A DNA stretch of 64,000 bases, from sequence record MN563784.1. The stretch is one strand, 5' to 3'. The translations under genes were made by a program, and so were the position numbers. The notes beneath the pieces are model-generated. The model was not told where the DNA came from and did no database searches. It worked only from the letters and a program-made list of their open reading frames with translations. Of this stretch, positions 48,469 to 58,750 are shown in pieces (within the stretch, counting starts at the first letter, position 1; the number at the start of each line of letters is the position of its first letter).

Positions 48469-50664
48469 ATGACCGCATTTGCCCAACCAAATCCGTTTTT
48501 AAAAGATGTCAATGATTACCATCGTGATATTGATATCATTAATGCATGTCTTGATGATAATGCCAAATATCTTCAATTAATGACAAAAGATGAATTAAAT
48601 ATTAGTTTAGAAGAATGTAAAGAATTTGTTAAAGAACAATTACGTCAAAATGGCGAATATGCACTTCGTAATCCATTAGCAACTATTCTAGATAAAAATA
48701 AGTTTGGTGATAGGGAATTAAAGACGGTTTCATTTATGGCTTTTCTTAACCGTGTTAAGAAACAGAATCTATTATTATCTCCATCAATGACCGCATATTT
48801 ACCAGAGTCTGTTAGACAGTCTACGCACTCCATCTATATTGCCGAAGGTGTGAAAAACCGTAAGCGTGTTAAAGGTGAACAGATGCAGGCTGAACGTGAA
48901 GCAGCTGCTTTCCTACAGGCCGGCGATAAAGAGAATTCACAAATTAAAACAGAACTTGCACAAGTACGTAAAGGCGAGCAAGAAAACTTCAAAATTAACA
49001 ATAACTCATATTCAGGCGGTACTGTATCTGCTGCCACTATTCTTTATTATAAGTCCACACACTCTAGTTTAACATCTACCTGTAGAACTGGTACCTCTTA
49101 TGCTAACTCAAATAATGAAAAATTCATTATGGGTAATAGGCATTATTATACTCCAGAAATCACAAAAGCTAATTTAGTAAACACTATTAATGTAGTTGAT
49201 ATGGAGTTAATTCAAAAAGCAGTAACTAATTTTAATCTACATTGCCCAACGCCAGAAGAAGTAGTTGATATGGTTCTTTATTCAACTAAACACTATTGGC
49301 AAAATAAGTACTACACGGCGCAGATTTTAAAACTAGCTACTGGGATGACACCAGTCGAACGAGCAGCAGTTATGTACGTAGGTGATCTATATCACTTATA
49401 TAAATACAATAAAGAATTAATCAAGAGCTTTCTAATTAAATTAAGCCAGGTTGGAACAAAAGAACAAATCATCACTGAAGAAGAATATTCAACTTATGAT
49501 GGTGATATGGATCTATTGGCTAGCTTTATTTGCTTTGATACTGTTAAAGGTCGATCTAAAGCTAAACTAAAAGAGTCAGATCCAGATACATTAAACCAAG
49601 TTTATGCCACTGGTCGAAATATCGCTGAAACTCTTAATGAATATCGTCTATTGATTGAAGCTTTCTTCTTGACTAAATGTGTACCATCAAGCATTCATGC
49701 TTTTCCAACTGTGTATAGACGAGCTGCTGTTATTTCAGATACTGACTCCACTATGTTTACATTACAATGGTGGGTTGAGGAATTCTTTGGTAAAGTAACT
49801 TTTAGCAATGAAGCTAAGCGACTAGTATTCGCACTAGTGTTTCTAGTGTCTGAAGTAGTTATGCATATCTTGGCGATTCAATCCGCTAATATGGGTGTAT
49901 CTAAAGATAAGCTTCGTCTATTTGCAATGAAGAACGAATATTATTTCGCAGTACTGGCCTTAACTACTCGTTCTAAACATTACTTTGCATCACAGGATGC
50001 CCAAGAAGGGGTAATGTTTAATGAGTCACGAATGGAGATCAAGGGTGTAGGACTAAGGGATAGTAAAGTACCTAAGAAGATTAATAGTCGTGCTAAAACA
50101 CTCATGGAAGATATCATTAAAACTGTAAAGACTGAAGAGAAAATCGACTTGGCTTCAATTCTAAAAGAAGTTGGTGATATCGAAAGAGAAATTATTGAGT
50201 CTGTTAGAAGTGGTAAAGCTGAGTATCTGACAAGTGGTCAAACTAAACGACCTGAGTCTTATAAATCTGAAGATAACTCAACCCATAAAAAGGGATTAGT
50301 GTGGAAGACTGTATTTGCTCCATCATTTGGTGACGCTGGTGATCCACCTTATTCACATGTAAAGATCTCAGTTACTCTTAATAATAAAACTGCGATCAAA
50401 GAATGGATTGATGGTATCGAAGATAAGAAATTAGCTGCTCGTATTCAAGCATGGGTTACTGAAGAAAATAAAACCAGTATTGGTGATTTCCATATCCCGA
50501 GTACAGTAGTAGAAACTGGTCGTATTCCAGAAGTTATTACGCGTGTTGCTGACGTTAGAACTATCATTGGAAATACTATGGGTGTATTCTATCTAACCTT
50601 AGAGTCCCTAGGTATTTTCCTTATTGATAAAAATAACGATCGACTCATCTCCGACTTCTATTAA
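48469..50664 (+). CDS. Family B DNA polymerase, polymerase subunit (gp50-like)
   Basis: Motif B-like KINNNSYSG, motif C ISDTDS, KHYF and EIKGVGL; split PolB is known for phiKZ-like phages. Confidence 0.88.
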   Translation: MTAFAQPNPFLKDVNDYHRDIDIINACLDDNAKYLQLMTKDELNISLEECKEFVKEQLRQNGEYALRNPLATILDKNKFGDRELKTVSFMAFLNRVKKQNLLLSPSMTAYLPESVRQSTHSIYIAEGVKNRKRVKGEQMQAEREAAAFLQAGDKENSQIKTELAQVRKGEQENFKINNNSYSGGTVSAATILYYKSTHSSLTSTCRTGTSYANSNNEKFIMGNRHYYTPEITKANLVNTINVVDMELIQKAVTNFNLHCPTPEEVVDMVLYSTKHYWQNKYYTAQILKLATGMTPVERAAVMYVGDLYHLYKYNKELIKSFLIKLSQVGTKEQIITEEEYSTYDGDMDLLASFICFDTVKGRSKAKLKESDPDTLNQVYATGRNIAETLNEYRLLIEAFFLTKCVPSSIHAFPTVYRRAAVISDTDSTMFTLQWWVEEFFGKVTFSNEAKRLVFALVFLVSEVVMHILAIQSANMGVSKDKLRLFAMKNEYYFAVLALTTRSKHYFASQDAQEGVMFNESRMEIKGVGLRDSKVPKKINSRAKTLMEDIIKTVKTEEKIDLASILKEVGDIEREIIESVRSGKAEYLTSGQTKRPESYKSEDNSTHKKGLVWKTVFAPSFGDAGDPPYSHVKISVTLNNKTAIKEWIDGIEDKKLAARIQAWVTEENKTSIGDFHIPSTVVETGRIPEVITRVADVRTIIGNTMGVFYLTLESLGIFLIDKNNDRLISDFY

Positions 50665-50762
50665 GAAATATAGCCTCCCCTAGTGGGAGGCTTATATACT
50701 AAAAAATAATTAAGATTTATATAGTCTGATTGCCAATTACTAACTTAATATGGTTCAATATA

Positions 50763-50939
50763 ATGACAAATCATACCGAATTTAATTTTGACTTAGATCG
50801 GATGAAGAAGGCAATTAATAGCGGCACTATCACATTACCAACAGTACCATCGGGATTAACTCGTGAAGAGAAACGAGCTTTTATCCGAAAATATATTAAA
50901 GATAAATTAAAAGAGGTAGATGATAATGGAAAAGACTAA
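50763..50939 (+). CDS. Small hypothetical protein
   Basis: ATG 50763 downstream of promoter variant TATATAGT at 50718. Confidence 0.55.
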   Translation: MTNHTEFNFDLDRMKKAINSGTITLPTVPSGLTREEKRAFIRKYIKDKLKEVDDNGKD

Positions 50940-51645
50940 TGAAGTTCGTGTAATCACTTGGAATGATTATAGTAAATTAGTAAATGATAATCGTATTAGG
51001 ATCCATGGATTAGCCCCTGATGATTCCACCAAAGCAACAGCCTATGTTCTTTTGGATGATGGTACTGAGGAATTGGTATATGTAACTTATTCTAATGAAT
51101 TAAAAGAAGCTGATGTTACTACTGAAACAACTGCAATTACTAGTGATAAAAGTTCACTAGATGATGTTCAACCAATTGGTTTAATTACCTCTAGTAACGA
51201 ACCACCAAAGTTAATGAGTCTAAATGACTATATTGATGAATTCAATTGGCACTCAAGTGCTGACAACGATTACAATAATGTCTCACTTGAATTAATGCTA
51301 AATACCCATCATACAACTCTTTGGGAATGTGATAATATTCTAGTAAAAGACGTAACTATTAAACAAGCTCTTAAAGAAGGTGTTGATAAACAACTTATTA
51401 ATACTGATAGTTCATTCGATGAACTGGTTACGCATCTAAGGCTAACTGCTAAAACTATTATGGATCCATTAGATGAAATGGATAATGGAGTTAAAAGCAG
51501 TGACCAAGCTGTAGTTGATCAATTACTAAATCATGACCGTCGACCAGGTAAGTTTAGTAATAAAATGCTATTGCCAGCTATCCCAGGAATTAACCGAGCT
51601 GAACGTAGAAAATTACTTTCTAAAATGAAGAAAGGTAATTTCTAA
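50920..51645 (+). CDS. Hypothetical protein
   Basis: 241 aa, SD gagg. Confidence 0.75.
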   Translation: MIMEKTNEVRVITWNDYSKLVNDNRIRIHGLAPDDSTKATAYVLLDDGTEELVYVTYSNELKEADVTTETTAITSDKSSLDDVQPIGLITSSNEPPKLMSLNDYIDEFNWHSSADNDYNNVSLELMLNTHHTTLWECDNILVKDVTIKQALKEGVDKQLINTDSSFDELVTHLRLTAKTIMDPLDEMDNGVKSSDQAVVDQLLNHDRRPGKFSNKMLLPAIPGINRAERRKLLSKMKKGNF

Positions 51646-51688
51646 TAAAACGGCATATAACCCCCTCCAATTTAGGAGGGGGTTTATG

Positions 51689-52780
51689 TCACATTTCTTT
51701 TCTTTTAAGTGCATCTATCATCCAATCAACTTGTGCCTGTTGAGCTTTTACAAACTCGCTATTTGCTTGTTGCTTAAATGCTTGATCATTAGATGCTTCT
51801 ATAAGATCAATTAATACAGCGTTAACAGAAGATTGATCATAACCAGTGTTCTTTAAAAGCTGTCCTACAAGATACTTAATGAAGGGTGTGCGAGCCAATA
51901 CATAAGCCCATTCATTATTCCTATTAATAGGTTCTCGTGGGAGTCGCATCATATCGAACAAATTAGATTGTACGATAGCTGGTGTTATCCATGATAAACC
52001 TTCCATGTCTACACCCTTTAATATGGATTCTCTATTGATAGTTGTACATAGTTTATCAATACGTGGATTCATATCAGTGATGTAAAATGGATGCGGTATA
52101 GGGAATGTTGGATTTTTAATATCTAAAGCATTCCTTGCTAATCTGTTAAAGAAAGAAATATCTAAATAAGAGTCAACCATATTTGGCAATACAAATGATC
52201 CTATAAACCTATATGTATCTTCAACTTCATCAGGATTCTTCTCAACTTGCCATCGATACCAGTAACGGTACATCACAAGAAGCATTGGTATATTTACTAG
52301 AGTTACACCATAGCCTCTACCCTGCGTGGTATTGTTCATGATAGGTAAATTAGTATCAGTACGTGTATGATACAGATACGTAACAGGGGAAAGTTTATAC
52401 CATGTTTTATTTAGATCTTTTAGATCAAAGCTCTCTGATGTGGATACTAAAACTTCTTCAGTCTGAGGGCCAAGTGTAACACCACCTACATGAACCTTAC
52501 CTTTATTTAAAGATGATGTAATACCAAATGAACGAATAATAGCACGTGAACGATCGTCCACGTTCTTTATAAAAGTAGCATCATCACTTAGTAACTCTAC
52601 GTTAAAATGTCGAATCATTTGTGCTAATATGTTTTTAGATTCAACATACTTCGGTGCCCGTCTATAATAACTTTTAACGTCCCTAATTTGCTCAGCGTAG
52701 ATTCGTCGGATATAATGGATGTTAGGATCAACCACCTGCCCCAATTTACGTGACGGAGCATTCTTAAATAAATTATACAT
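51689..52780 (-). CDS. Conserved virion-associated protein (gp52-like)
   Basis: 363 aa; synteny upstream of chmA. Confidence 0.7.
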   Translation of the reverse strand: MYNLFKNAPSRKLGQVVDPNIHYIRRIYAEQIRDVKSYYRRAPKYVESKNILAQMIRHFNVELLSDDATFIKNVDDRSRAIIRSFGITSSLNKGKVHVGGVTLGPQTEEVLVSTSESFDLKDLNKTWYKLSPVTYLYHTRTDTNLPIMNNTTQGRGYGVTLVNIPMLLVMYRYWYRWQVEKNPDEVEDTYRFIGSFVLPNMVDSYLDISFFNRLARNALDIKNPTFPIPHPFYITDMNPRIDKLCTTINRESILKGVDMEGLSWITPAIVQSNLFDMMRLPREPINRNNEWAYVLARTPFIKYLVGQLLKNTGYDQSSVNAVLIDLIEASNDQAFKQQANSEFVKAQQAQVDWMIDALKRKEM

Positions 52781-52861
52781 GGTTATTATCCGATTAAAAA
52801 TTAATTGAGATCTATATCATAGTTTGGTAACAACAGTAGTAATTACAAATAGGAATATACA

Positions 52862-53227
52862 ATGGCTAAAAATAATGTTGAAGATCCGCCACTATATTTA
52901 GGTAATAACAAAGATCTTACTGTATACATGACTAGCAAAGAAATTGTAGTAAACTTTTTCAATGTCGAGCGTAGGATTAAGATAGATCCTAATGATCCCA
53001 ATCCATTAGCAACTGCTACTAAACTCCATGAGGAATTAATAAAGGTATTAGTCGCATATCGATTTGGTAGTGTAGTTAAAGTAAATGAAACATCTGCTTC
53101 GGCACATTCACCATTTATTGCTAAATTTGATACAACTGATAATAATAAAGTTGATCCAGTTAGTAAACTATACAAACTGTATCATTCTCTTTTTGGAACA
53201 GTTCGTAAGTATATGCGAAGTAAATGA
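52862..53227 (+). CDS. Hypothetical protein
   Basis: SD agga; promoter variant TATATCAT at 52813. Confidence 0.7.
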   Translation: MAKNNVEDPPLYLGNNKDLTVYMTSKEIVVNFFNVERRIKIDPNDPNPLATATKLHEELIKVLVAYRFGSVVKVNETSASAHSPFIAKFDTTDNNKVDPVSKLYKLYHSLFGTVRKYMRSK

Positions 53228-53439
53228 TAACTGCATTTTATAAAAATACTGATAGTTATTATTTAATACAGGACTGACGTAAATTAGTTTCTGGATTCAA
53301 ACTTTATACCCATAAACTCAAAAAAGAAGATATGGAAATTGTAAGATGAAAAATAAATAATACTCAGATTGTAATAATATGTAGTGAACATAGTGTTCGT
53401 TACGATCTGCTATCAGCAGATTATAGCGTCTATGTTGTA

Positions 53440-53473
53440 ATGAAAAAAATTTGAGATTTATATTACTAAATTG
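53440..53473 (+). promoter_or_regulatory. Early promoter of chmA
   Basis: aaaaaaatttgagattTATATTAC (53459-53466). Confidence 0.8.
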
Positions 53474-53538
53474 AATCTAGTATACTAAGTACTTAGGTTC
53501 TTCTTGATCAAGAAACCATAATCGTAAAGGTATTTAAA

Positions 53539-55419
53539 ATGGCTGTTAACGAAAACGAAATCGGCACCGTTCAAACTCAAGCTACCGCTCCGGCTCCGCA
53601 ACCCACTGCACAGCGTCAAGCTCAACGTCCTACTGGCGCGCCTGGGTCTACTACTGGCATTAACCATCTAATGCGTCGCTCTGGTCGGCTAGATGGCTCT
53701 GATGCTCGTTCAGCAGATGCCCTACAAGTATTCACTAAAGTAAAAGAAGAAGCAATCCGCCATCAGGACCTACCTGATGACTTCGATATCCATCGTTTCG
53801 ATCGCGATGCACAACAAGTGGGTATGGCTGGTCTACTCATTGTTAAACTAGCTAAAGATATCAATGGTTCCATGAAGGCATTCGTTCGTACTCTAGTACT
53901 CGATAACCTACCTGGTACTCGCATCCGTCCCCGTACCCACAAAATCAACAATGGTCTAACTGATGACATCATTGAAGAGAAGGTACTACCGCGTGATGTA
54001 TTCACTGCTCAATACTGGAGCAAGATCGGCGAGTTCCTACGGAACCGTTACAACATCCCTGGTCTAGAAGTACTATCTGCCGGTCCACGTGCAGTGTATG
54101 CTGACTTCGACTTCAAAGATGAACTAGCTGTTAAGAACCTACTAGTTGAATCCGTTAATATCTGTGAAGATGCTATTGCGCGTCGTAACAATGAGACTCC
54201 GTTCTCTATTGCGACCCACATCAAAGCAGAAAACGAACAGCTTACCTGCAATCTAGACTACAATGGTATTCCGGTTAAAGATAGCTGTGGTAATCCGATC
54301 CGTTCTGACCTGGTCATCTCCACTAGCCGTGGTAAGAAAACCAACGTACCTGAGAACGAGTTCTATGATACCGATAGCCAGCTAAACCAAGTTAGTCTAT
54401 TCGTAGATCTACATTGGACTCCGACCACTGGCCAGCAACAAGGCATGTTTGGCGTAACTCTACCTGGTGCAGTTCTACCTCCGCAGTTCACTCCTTACAT
54501 CGTTATCACTGACGTTCGTAAGGCATCCTGGATCCAAGCATGGACTCTAGAAATGTGGCTGTTCGCGCTTGGTAACGCGTATCGTGCAACTGCATCTCAG
54601 GCATGGGCTCGTACTCTAATGCCGAAGATCGCTACTAGTAAGATGCGTGATATTGGTGCACTTGGTTATTACTCAGAGCTAGGTAAAGCGATTGAAACTC
54701 GCACCGAAGCATTCATGGCAGACGACAGCAACTTCGTAATGCTAATGAACAAGATGGTTAACCAGAACCCTGCATTCCAGATCGATATCGATCCAATGGG
54801 CGACAACTCAGCTATTGAGCAAGTCATCCTAGATGCAGCTGGTGGCGTAAACCAAGCTCGTGCAGTTAGCCTGATCTTCCAAGCTCTAACTAACCTATAC
54901 GGCACTGATTTCCGTCAGTTCTATAACCTAGCTGAAGCTGGTCCGATTATCTTTGACAACCATCATGAAGTAGACCTCGGTCACTACACTGATGAGCATG
55001 GCGAACTAAGCGACCGTCGTGATCTTGACGTTCTAGGTGCCATGAACATGTCTGAAGGTAATGACCAAGAGTGGAAGACCTGGTATGCTACTCAGGTAGG
55101 TAATGACCACATTGTGCGTCGTATGAATAACAGTAAAGGCTTCGACAAGATGTACCTAGGTAACGTTACCTATACTGGTCGTGCTCGTCGTCTAACCTTT
55201 AACCCGAAATTCATCACCGCAATGGATGCCGCAGCAGCAGCCGCTGGTGTAACTGTAACCATGGAAAACCTAATTACCAACTTCGGTCAACAGCGCTTCG
55301 CTGGTTACACCGGTATGGGTAACATGGCTGTTTCTGGTAGTGCACAAGTTGGTATGGCTGGCAGCATGGGTCAAACTTACGGCGCTCCTTCCTATAATGC
55401 ACCGGGTACCTGGTACTAA
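53539..55419 (+). CDS. chmA: Chimallin, phage nucleus shell protein (gp54)
   Basis: [22 protein letters not shown]-terminus recognised; 626 aa; highly expressed codon bias; precedes nvRNAP beta-prime. Confidence 0.92.
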   Translation: MAVNENEIGTVQTQATAPAPQPTAQRQAQRPTGAPGSTTGINHLMRRSGRLDGSDARSADALQVFTKVKEEAIRHQDLPDDFDIHRFDRDAQQVGMAGLLIVKLAKDINGSMKAFVRTLVLDNLPGTRIRPRTHKINNGLTDDIIEEKVLPRDVFTAQYWSKIGEFLRNRYNIPGLEVLSAGPRAVYADFDFKDELAVKNLLVESVNICEDAIARRNNETPFSIATHIKAENEQLTCNLDYNGIPVKDSCGNPIRSDLVISTSRGKKTNVPENEFYDTDSQLNQVSLFVDLHWTPTTGQQQGMFGVTLPGAVLPPQFTPYIVITDVRKASWIQAWTLEMWLFALGNAYRATASQAWARTLMPKIATSKMRDIGALGYYSELGKAIETRTEAFMADDSNFVMLMNKMVNQNPAFQIDIDPMGDNSAIEQVILDAAGGVNQARAVSLIFQALTNLYGTDFRQFYNLAEAGPIIFDNHHEVDLGHYTDEHGELSDRRDLDVLGAMNMSEGNDQEWKTWYATQVGNDHIVRRMNNSKGFDKMYLGNVTYTGRARRLTFNPKFITAMDAAAAAAGVTVTMENLITNFGQQRFAGYTGMGNMAVSGSAQVGMAGSMGQTYGAPSYNAPGTWY

Positions 55420-55420
55420 T

Positions 55421-55745
55421 AGGAAATACCTCGGTAGATAGGGATGTTAAATAAGTAACATCCCGATTCTAATACTGCGACCCTGGTTCACTTCGGTGAT
55501 AACGGTTAGGAGTAGGTTCCGTGAAGTAATCGACTAGTGGACTTAGTCTAGGTCGACCTATCACTACACGAGGATGATAGATCACTTAACCGAAAGGAGT
55601 TACTCAAAAGGTGACGTGTGATCAAAAACTACAATGGATGGTAAATGATACTAGTGCCGGTATGCTACAGAGAAGAGCGGAGGTTAAGCTTTGTAGATGA
55701 CGCTAGGATCGGGCCAGGCTCCGTTGGTGGTCCATTGTAAAAACT
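55421..55745 (+). ncRNA. Candidate structured non-coding RNA (or chmA 3' UTR), family unassigned
   Basis: No ORF of 60 aa or more on +; at least six stems including a 9 bp long-range helix; closed by terminator. Confidence 0.55.
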
Positions 55746-55789
55746 GATATAGCGGCTCCTTCGGGGGCCGCTTATATCTCCTTTTTTTG
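55746..55789 (+). terminator. Intrinsic terminator, UUCG loop
   Basis: agcggctcc-ttcg-ggggccgct then ttttttt. Confidence 0.85.
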
Positions 55790-55813
55790 TTAATCGATAA
55801 ATAGGAGTTTGGT

Positions 55814-56950
55814 ATGGGTCTTTATGCCAAAGTTGTTGATCATAATGAAGTTCATGATCAATTTACGGGTAAACGAATTTATGCCAATGATTACAATACG
55901 AGTAACTCAGATGAGAAAGAAGAATTTGATAGGCATTTCTATTCTCATTTCCAAGATTCAGAAGCAATTGAAAGTAGTGTAAGCTGTGATTGTCGAGCAA
56001 TCGAAGACGCACATAAACTCGGAGTAATCTGTGATATTTGTAATACTCCAGTTGTCAATACTTCTAGCCGTCCTATCGAACCATCAATGTGGGTTCGTAC
56101 ACCAAAACATGTACGTAGCCTAATTAACCCACGTTTAATCATTATGCTAACCGGATATCTAGTAACTAAAGAATTCGATTTCTTAGCATATCTAACTGAT
56201 ACTTCTTATCGATACGATGTAGAATCTATTGGTTCTAAGGAAACACGCAGGAAAGTAGATAGGCTACTGCATCGAGGATTTGAAAGAGGATTAAATCACT
56301 TCATTGATAATTTCAATGAGATCTTCCAATTCCTACTAGATGCAAATATTATCTCTAATAATAAATCCGAATTCGCTCAATTCGTTGCTCAGAATAAAGA
56401 TAAGTTATTCCCTAAATATTTACCAGTTCCTTCTAAACTCTGTTTCGTAGCAGAATCAACCACATCTGGTACTTACTTAGATAAACCAATTGAAGCAGCA
56501 ATTGATGCTACCTTAACCTTCGCTAGTATTGATGCATCATCTGTACCACTTAGTCCAATTAAAGCTCAGAATAGGACTATGCGAGGACTAAGACTATATG
56601 GCCAGTTCTACGAGATCTACGCAAAATCACGAATTGCTCAAAAGCCTGGTCTTGCTCGGCGTCACATGTTTGGTGCTCGTCTCAACGCTACGGCACGTGC
56701 AGTAATCACTTCTATTAGTGACCCGCATGATTATGATGAACTACATATCCCTTGGGGGGTAGGTTGTCAATTATTAAAGTATCATCTAACCAATAAACTA
56801 AAAGCAAAGTTTAACATGACAACTCGTGAAGCATTCTCATTTGTATATGAGAATGTACTTCAATATAACCAAATCATTGCAGATCTATTTAAAGAGCTAA
56901 TTGCAGAAGCAGCCCCTTATAAAGGGATGGGTTGTACTTTTCACCGAAAT
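55814..56950 (+). CDS. Non-virion RNA polymerase beta-prime-like subunit (gp55), exon 1
   Basis: Zn-binding CxC...CxxC, RRHMFGAR..ATARAVI (beta-prime region C); ends at FHRN with TAA immediately after. Confidence 0.9.
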
Positions 56951-58144
56951 TAATTTAGTTAGGAAAAAAAGCATTTGACTAGGGTGTGGCGCCTGATGTC
57001 ACTAACAGTGAGGAAATATGGATGAAGAATTAGACTGGCGAAAAATACCTGGTTTTAGTCGTTATGAAATTAATCAGTTCGGTATAGTGCGTAACTTAAA
57101 CCATGATATTATCTCACAACATGAGAATAAATCATCTAAAGGTACATACTTGACTGTTAACATCATTAACGATAAAGGTGAGAGAAAGATAAGATATCCG
57201 CATAGATTTGTATGTATGGTATTTAATGGATTGCCAGATAATCCTGATGATTGGGATGTAAACCATAAAGATACGAATAAGCATAATAACTATTATCGTA
57301 ATCTGGAATGGATAACACATAGTGGCAATGTCAAACATGCTTTTATAACAGGTGCGAATAAACATGCCCTTTCTGTAAAATGTACAGATGTAATAACTAA
57401 GGAAGTATGGAACTTCATCTCAATGAAAGAAGTTGCAGAATTCCTTGAACTGAAACATAAGAAAGGTTTACATGTAGTTCTTGCACACACTGAAAAACCA
57501 TATAACGGGCGTTATATTTTTGAGGTAACGGGTGAATACCATCCGCAACAAAGAAAGAATGCAATTGAAGTTTATTGCATTGATTTTAAAACAGGTACAT
57601 TCTATCGAGCAGTAAACCTTACTGATCTCCAATTAAAAACAGGATTGATTAAAGGTACTATCCAAGATATCCTGAAGAAACGCGATCTTCGAGTTTTTAA
57701 TGGAGTAGTTGTCTGTAAGGTTGAGGATAAGGAACGGTTATTCGAATACGTTTCTAAACTCACCCAAACTGAGATAGATGAATCTATAGAGAAATACAAT
57801 CGTTATCAAATGCTTAAAACACTACGGTGCGCCACCAAGAGCCGTAAGTGACCCTAACCAATGGTTTCCTTGTAATAGAAATATTACTCGACAAAACTCC
57901 TTTAATTGCTGGAACATCTCACTGAGACAATCAGCAGCGAAGCCTATTAGAAATAATAGGAACGTTCAACGACTATCGAAAGGCACGAAAGTGAACCGAG
58001 TAGAGTAGAGTCAAGTGACTCGAAATGGGGAGCACCTTACTGGGTAATGCCAAAGGTGAAGATATAGTCTGGTCTGCATGGTGACATGCAGCTGTCTATT
58101 ATTAATAGACGGGATAAGCTTAACGAACTTATCTGAACACAACG
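56951..58144 (+). mobile_element. Group I intron 1 (1194 nt) carrying an HNH endonuclease
   Basis: Follows exon U, ends in G; P aattgctggaa 57904, Q aatcagcagc 57929, R gttcaacgacta 57964, S aagatatagtc 58059; splicing restores HRN|PTLQRGS. Confidence 0.9.
57018..57851 (+). CDS. Intron-encoded HNH homing endonuclease (NUMOD4-HNH, I-HmuI-like)
   Basis: WRKIPGFSRYEINQFG (NUMOD4-like), HRFVC...VNHKDTNKHNNYYRNLEW (HNH); SD gagga. Confidence 0.9.
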   Translation: MDEELDWRKIPGFSRYEINQFGIVRNLNHDIISQHENKSSKGTYLTVNIINDKGERKIRYPHRFVCMVFNGLPDNPDDWDVNHKDTNKHNNYYRNLEWITHSGNVKHAFITGANKHALSVKCTDVITKEVWNFISMKEVAEFLELKHKKGLHVVLAHTEKPYNGRYIFEVTGEYHPQQRKNAIEVYCIDFKTGTFYRAVNLTDLQLKTGLIKGTIQDILKKRDLRVFNGVVVCKVEDKERLFEYVSKLTQTEIDESIEKYNRYQMLKTLRCATKSRK

Positions 58145-58252
58145 CCGACCCTTCAACGTGGATCTACTCAACAATTCTTTATTACTAAAGTAAAAGATGA
58201 CATTAATGATAATTCAATCAGCATGTCAGTATTATGCCTTAAAGCGCCTAAT
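58145..58252 (+). CDS. nvRNAP beta-prime exon 2 (36 codons; not in ORF track)
   Basis: PTLQRGSTQQFFITKVKDDINDNSISMSVLCLKAPN, equivalent to the NRxPTLHR region leading up to NADFDGD. Confidence 0.88.
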
Positions 58253-58750
58253 GGACAAGTAACTAACTAAATAAGGTAAAAACAATGGAACAAAACGGAG
58301 TAGTGTCCGTCTTTGATCCGGCTTTATTTAAAATTGAATATGAAGTGCTTGATAAATACCTTATTAAGTTAATCAAGTCTAGTTCCCCCAGTGAGTAATC
58401 ATTGGGGTGAGTTCTCTCTAATTGCTGGGATATCCTGTTAAACTAATCTACCACTGCGAGTCGAAAGACAAAGCCAAGGTTTGAAAAAAGATTAGGTAGG
58501 GCCAATCAGCAGCCAAGCTCCGTAACATTCCATTTAGGAATAGGAGAAGGTTCAACGACTATTACGGTATCAGGTGCACCGGTCCTAGAAATAGGATGTA
58601 GGGTCAAGTGACTCGAAATGGGAGACACCCCACTCCGAAAGGAAGGGTGAAGATATAGTCTGGTCTGCATGGTGACATGCAGCAGGTGGTAATTATCATG
58701 TGGTAATTATACTACCGGGTATGGATTAACGACCCATACTGAACATAACG
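58253..58750 (+). mobile_element. Group I intron 2 (498 nt), no endonuclease
   Basis: P 58420, Q 58504, R 58550, S 58650; ends gaacataacg like intron 1 (gaacacaacg); splicing restores N|ADFDGD. Confidence 0.88.

Noticed and set aside
48469-50664. Truncated or pseudogenised DNA polymerase (no exonuclease domain)
   Set aside because: phiKZ-like phages are known to encode PolB as two separate genes; the ORF is intact with motifs B and C
55468-55530. Twister- or pistol-like ribozyme within the chmA-downstream RNA (ctaatactgc, ggttagg, gttaaata)
   Set aside because: Only short word matches; I could not find the twister L4 AAGC loop or the pistol element order, so no family is assigned
56958-56963. 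gttagg in intron 1 is complementary to the end of exon 2 (cctaat), hinting at a cross-intron guide sequence
   Set aside because: It has a perfect partner inside intron 1 (cctaac 57853-57858) that would close the loop holding the HNH gene; a 6 nt match is also likely by chance
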